A DNA stretch of 64,000 bases from Myxococcota bacterium (GTDB taxonomy: Bacteria > Myxococcota_A > UBA9160 > JAFDDA01), in assembly GCA_965228475.1 (NCBI GenBank), contig OZ245817.1, positions 3,968,001-4,032,000 on the forward strand, written 5' to 3'. Of the stretch, positions 60,639 through 64,000 are shown one piece after another; positions within the stretch are counted from its first letter, which is position 1, and each line of letters starts with the position of its first letter. The translations under genes and the position numbers were made by a program. The notes below the pieces were generated by a model. It was not told where the DNA came from. It worked only from the letters and a program-made list of their open reading frames with translations, and made no database searches.

Positions 60639-61106
60639 TTATAGGAGGTCTTCGAGCCGCGCCCGCTGCCAGTCCGCGCTGGTGACCGTCCATTGCCCCT
60701 CGCGCAGGGCGAACTCGAGGTCCACCCAGAGGAGGTCCGCGGCGGCGTCCGCGAGGGCTTCGAGGGCCGGGATGGGGCGGCCGGCGGTGCCGACCAGGAC
60801 GTGCGCCCGGGCGCGGCCCTTCGGGTCGACCTCGATCTCCGCCACGCGGACGAGCAGGTGGATGCGCTCGTTGCGCAGGAAGTGCAGCCGCAGGAAGCCG
60901 AGGAGCTCCGCGCGGTCCCGGCCGAAGCGATCGCTGTAATCCGGAGCGATGCGCGCCTTCAGCGCGACGAGGTCCTTCGCCTGGGCCTCGAGCTCGGCGG
61001 CGGTGATCATCGCGCGCACCTGCTCCTCGGGCGAGAGTTCGTTCCGGCCGCACGCCCCGAGCACGAGGGCGAAGGCGACCAGCCCGCACGCCGCGAGCCG
61101 CGTCAT
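60639..61106 (-). CDS. Putative lipoprotein, NTF2-like fold
   Basis: LGAC lipobox; IAPDYSD..G.DR; ATGA coupling. Confidence 0.65.
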   Translation of the reverse strand: MTRLAACGLVAFALVLGACGRNELSPEEQVRAMITAAELEAQAKDLVALKARIAPDYSDRFGRDRAELLGFLRLHFLRNERIHLLVRVAEIEVDPKGRARAHVLVGTAGRPIPALEALADAAADLLWVDLEFALREGQWTVTSADWQRARLEDLL

Positions 61107-62272
61107 GCGGACGCCCGCCGCAAGGTGAGCTCGCTGATCTCCGCCGGAGCGAGCAGTCGGATCGGCGGGCCCCAGAAACCGGTCCCGCGGCTCACGAAGC
61201 AGTGCGCGGCGCCGTCGCGGTAGAGGCCGGCCACCCACGGGATGACCGCGCGCACGAGGTAGACGAAGGGCCAGATCTGGCCGCCGTGGGTATGGCCGGA
61301 GATCTGCAGGTCGATGCCGGCGCGGCGCGCCTTGCGGAACGTGCTCGGATCGTGGGCGAGGAGCACGCACGCCCGCGAGGCTTCGCGGCCCGCGAGCGCC
61401 GCCGGCAGGTCCTCGCCGGGGCCGCGCGTGTAGCCGCCGGAGCGGTGGTCCTCGACGCCGGCGAGGTCGAAGGCGGCGTCTCCCTCGCCGAGGGTCACGT
61501 GCTCGTTACGCAGCACGCGCCACCCGAGGCCGCGCACCTCCTCGACCCAGGGGTCGACGCCGGAGAAGTAGTCGTGGTTGCCGGTGACGAAGAAGACGCC
61601 GTCGCGTCCGCGCAGGCCGGCGAAGGGCGCGACCTCCTCGGTCAGGCGCTCGACGCGCCCGTCGACGAGATCGCCCGTCACGACCACGAGGTCCGGGTCA
61701 AGCGCGTTCACGCGGTCGACGAGGTGCTGCGAGAAGCGGCGGTCGAGGATCGGGCCGATGTGGATGTCGGTGATCTGGACGATGCGGTAGCCGTCGCGCG
61801 CCGCGGGCCAGCGCGGGAGCGGGACGTCGACCCGGTTCACGGCCGGCGGTGCCAGGGCGCCGCGCATGCCGGCCGCGGCGGCGAGCCCCGCGACGCCGGC
61901 CACGGTGAAGGCGCGCAGCCGGGCCGCGCCGACTTCGTCTCCCCCCGCGGCACCGAGCAGGCCCATCACCAGCTCCGAGGCCCCGAGACCGACGAGCAGC
62001 AGGAACGCCACCCCCATCCACACGGCCGCCGGCCAGGCGATGGCCCGGGAAACGGCGAGCGGCGCCGTCCGCTGGGCGATCGGCTCGGCGAAGATGCTCG
62101 CCGCGCAGAGCGCCATCAGAACGAGGAGCCCGGTCTCGAGGGCCGGCGGGAGCGCCGGATCGAAGATCAGCCGCTGGGCGAGGTAGAGGTGTCCGCCCAC
62201 GAAGACCGTGGACGCCACCGCCAGGAACACGAGCCCGATCACGATTCGCTTCAGGACCTTGGATCGCTTCAT
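61103..62272 (-). CDS. Membrane-anchored metallophosphoesterase (YkuE/YaeI-like)
   Basis: TDIH, GDLVD, GNHD, LAHDP, SGHTHGGQ; N-terminal TMs. Confidence 0.92.
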   Translation of the reverse strand: MKRSKVLKRIVIGLVFLAVASTVFVGGHLYLAQRLIFDPALPPALETGLLVLMALCAASIFAEPIAQRTAPLAVSRAIAWPAAVWMGVAFLLLVGLGASELVMGLLGAAGGDEVGAARLRAFTVAGVAGLAAAAGMRGALAPPAVNRVDVPLPRWPAARDGYRIVQITDIHIGPILDRRFSQHLVDRVNALDPDLVVVTGDLVDGRVERLTEEVAPFAGLRGRDGVFFVTGNHDYFSGVDPWVEEVRGLGWRVLRNEHVTLGEGDAAFDLAGVEDHRSGGYTRGPGEDLPAALAGREASRACVLLAHDPSTFRKARRAGIDLQISGHTHGGQIWPFVYLVRAVIPWVAGLYRDGAAHCFVSRGTGFWGPPIRLLAPAEISELTLRRASA

Positions 62273-62396
62273 TGGCCTTCTCGATGGCGCCCGGGGCCGG
62301 CGCGAGGGCTGCCGGGCCCCGTCTGTTTAGCCTAGCTTCCGGCGGCGTCACGTCGGGCCCTCGCACGGGCTCCGCGCGCGTCTCGCCGGGGGAGCC

Positions 62397-63881
62397 ATGG
62401 GCCAGAACATCGACCAGGAGGAGTTCAGCGCCGAAGACTACGAGCGCTACGCCCAGCGTCTCGAAGACGGCCTGGCCGCCCTCCAGAGCGTCCTGTCCCG
62501 GGCGACCTTCGGCCACGGCGAGCCCTCGATCGGCGCCGAGCTCGAGCTGAACCTCGTCGATGCCAAGGGCGACCCGCTCGGCGAGAACCAGGCCGTCCTG
62601 GCGGCGGCCGACGACCCGCGCCTGACCGTCGAGCTGAACCGCTTCAACCTGGAATGCAACGCGAGCCCGCAGCCCCTGGCCGGGCGTCCCTTCCAGGCGA
62701 TGCGGGAGGAGTTCGAACACCTGCTCGGGCGCCTGCGCGGGGGCGCCGCGCGCAGCGACGGCCGACTCGCCATGGTCGGGATCCTGCCGACGCTCCGGGA
62801 GAGCGACTTCTCCGCCGGCAACCAGACGATGACCGACGTCGCCCGCTTCCGCGCGCTCTCGGCCGGCGTCCGCCGCCTTCGCCAGCAGGCCTTCGAGATC
62901 AAGATCGACGGCGACGAGCCCCTCGAGTTCGAGGCCGAGGACGTCACCGTCGAAGGCGCGAACACGGGCTTCCAGGTCCACCTGCGCACGGAGCCCGGCG
63001 AGTTCGTCGACCTCTACAACGCCGTGCAGATCGCGACGGCGCCGGTCCTTGCCGCCGCTTCGAACTCGCCGATCTTCCTCGGCCACCGGCTCTGGCGCGA
63101 GACCCGCATCGCCCTGTTCAAGCAGTCCGTCGACGAGCGCCACGAATCCTGGGACGCCTGGCGGCCGCCGCGCGTCTCCCTCGGCAACGGCTGGACGCGG
63201 GAGGGCGCCTTCGAGCTGTTCCAGGAGACCGTCGCGCTGCACGCGCCGCTGCTGCCCGTGGTCGGCGACGAAGACCCGCTCGAGTGCATCGCCGCCGGCG
63301 GCGTCCCGCGCCTCGACGAGATCCGTCTGCACCACGGCACGGTCTGGCGCTGGAACCGCGGCGTCTACGACCCGAAGGGCGGCGGCCACCTGCGCATCGA
63401 GATGCGCTCGCTCCCGGCCGGGCCGACCGTGACGGACATGCTCGCAAACGCCGCCCTGCACATCGGCCTCGCCATCGGGCTGCAGGAAGAGTCGGACTGG
63501 ATGACGACCGCCCTCCCCTTCAAGTACGCCGAGCGCAATCTCTACCGGGCGGCCCAGTCGGGTCTCGGCGCGATGCTGCTCTGGCCCTCGCGCAAGCCGC
63601 CGTCGCCGAAGCCCGTTCCCGTCTCGTCGCTGATTCTCGAACTGCTTCCGGTGGCGCGGCGCGGGCTCGAGCGCGGCGGCGTCGATGCGAGCGAGATCGA
63701 CGAGGCCCTCGGCGTGATCGAGGAGCGCGTGCGCAGCCGGCAGACCGGCGCGGACTGGCAGCTCGCCCGCCTCGCCCACTACGACGAGCGCTTCGACCGC
63801 AAGGACGCGCTCCGGGCGATGCTCGCGGAATACCTCGAGCTCCAGGATTCGGGGCGTCCGGTCGCCCACTGGCCGGCCTGA
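62397..63881 (+). CDS. Glutamate--cysteine ligase, GCS2 family
   Basis: IGAELELNLVD, ELNRFNLE, FQVHL, NSP, WRWNR, RIEMR. Confidence 0.88.
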   Translation: MGQNIDQEEFSAEDYERYAQRLEDGLAALQSVLSRATFGHGEPSIGAELELNLVDAKGDPLGENQAVLAAADDPRLTVELNRFNLECNASPQPLAGRPFQAMREEFEHLLGRLRGGAARSDGRLAMVGILPTLRESDFSAGNQTMTDVARFRALSAGVRRLRQQAFEIKIDGDEPLEFEAEDVTVEGANTGFQVHLRTEPGEFVDLYNAVQIATAPVLAAASNSPIFLGHRLWRETRIALFKQSVDERHESWDAWRPPRVSLGNGWTREGAFELFQETVALHAPLLPVVGDEDPLECIAAGGVPRLDEIRLHHGTVWRWNRGVYDPKGGGHLRIEMRSLPAGPTVTDMLANAALHIGLAIGLQEESDWMTTALPFKYAERNLYRAAQSGLGAMLLWPSRKPPSPKPVPVSSLILELLPVARRGLERGGVDASEIDEALGVIEERVRSRQTGADWQLARLAHYDERFDRKDALRAMLAEYLELQDSGRPVAHWPA

Positions 63882-63908
63882 GCGGCCGGAAGAGCCGGGG
63901 CGCGCCGC

Positions 63909-64000
63909 CTACCAGCCGCGCAGATCGACGGGCCAGGTCTCGAGGACGGTCTCGCCGTCGACGACGTGCATCGCTTCGTGCTTGGCGACGGTCGGGTCGA
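63909..64000 (-). CDS. C-terminal fragment, probably DSD1/D-threonine aldolase-like PLP enzyme
   Basis: DPTVAKHEAMHVVDGETVLETWPVDLRGW*. Confidence 0.55.
   Translation of the reverse strand, partial: DPTVAKHEAMHVVDGETVLETWPVDLRGW

Noticed and set aside
1..64000. Many long alternative-frame ORFs in the track (e.g. 50147-55135 -, 51097-55026 +, 14819-17713 +, 37078-40065 -)
   Set aside because: Arg/Pro/Ala-rich or antisense shadows of motif-supported genes, expected at this GC content

Overview
High-GC bacterial chromosomal segment with about 55 tightly packed genes. Myxococcota-like affiliation is an inference from gene content and GC/codon style, not a demonstrated result. No rRNA, tRNA, CRISPR array or transposase was recognised. 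Content, left to right: MscS; a RimK module (retropepsin-like protease, AstE/AspA deacylase, rimK); an MMPL transporter fused to a cNMP-binding domain; a divergent MerR regulator heading a menaquinone operon (menG-menF-menD-menH-menA-menC-menE); GH38; BASS; hydrolases; a DUF3015/DUF4105 pair; an acyl-CoA ligase with a heteromeric ACAD pair; an RND pump; a PQQ quinohemoprotein dehydrogenase; OmpA; an S8 protease; thyA-folA-hslO; greB; TrmH; a desaturase; uvrA; arfB; an ACAD; and a GCS2 ligase. Highlights: (1) a 62-aa stand-alone bacterial histone-fold gene (46547-46735); (2) an unannotated 46-codon leader peptide with terminator/antiterminator in front of the RND pump; (3) a nested palindromic repeat element (49921-50279, partial copy near 24570) whose neighbouring genes show a local loss of C-ending codons; (4) a KstR-like operator between the lipid-catabolic genes; (5) several apparently leaderless genes, including a head-to-head pair sharing one palindromic GTGCAC start. 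All family calls come from motif recognition by eye; no database searches were run.
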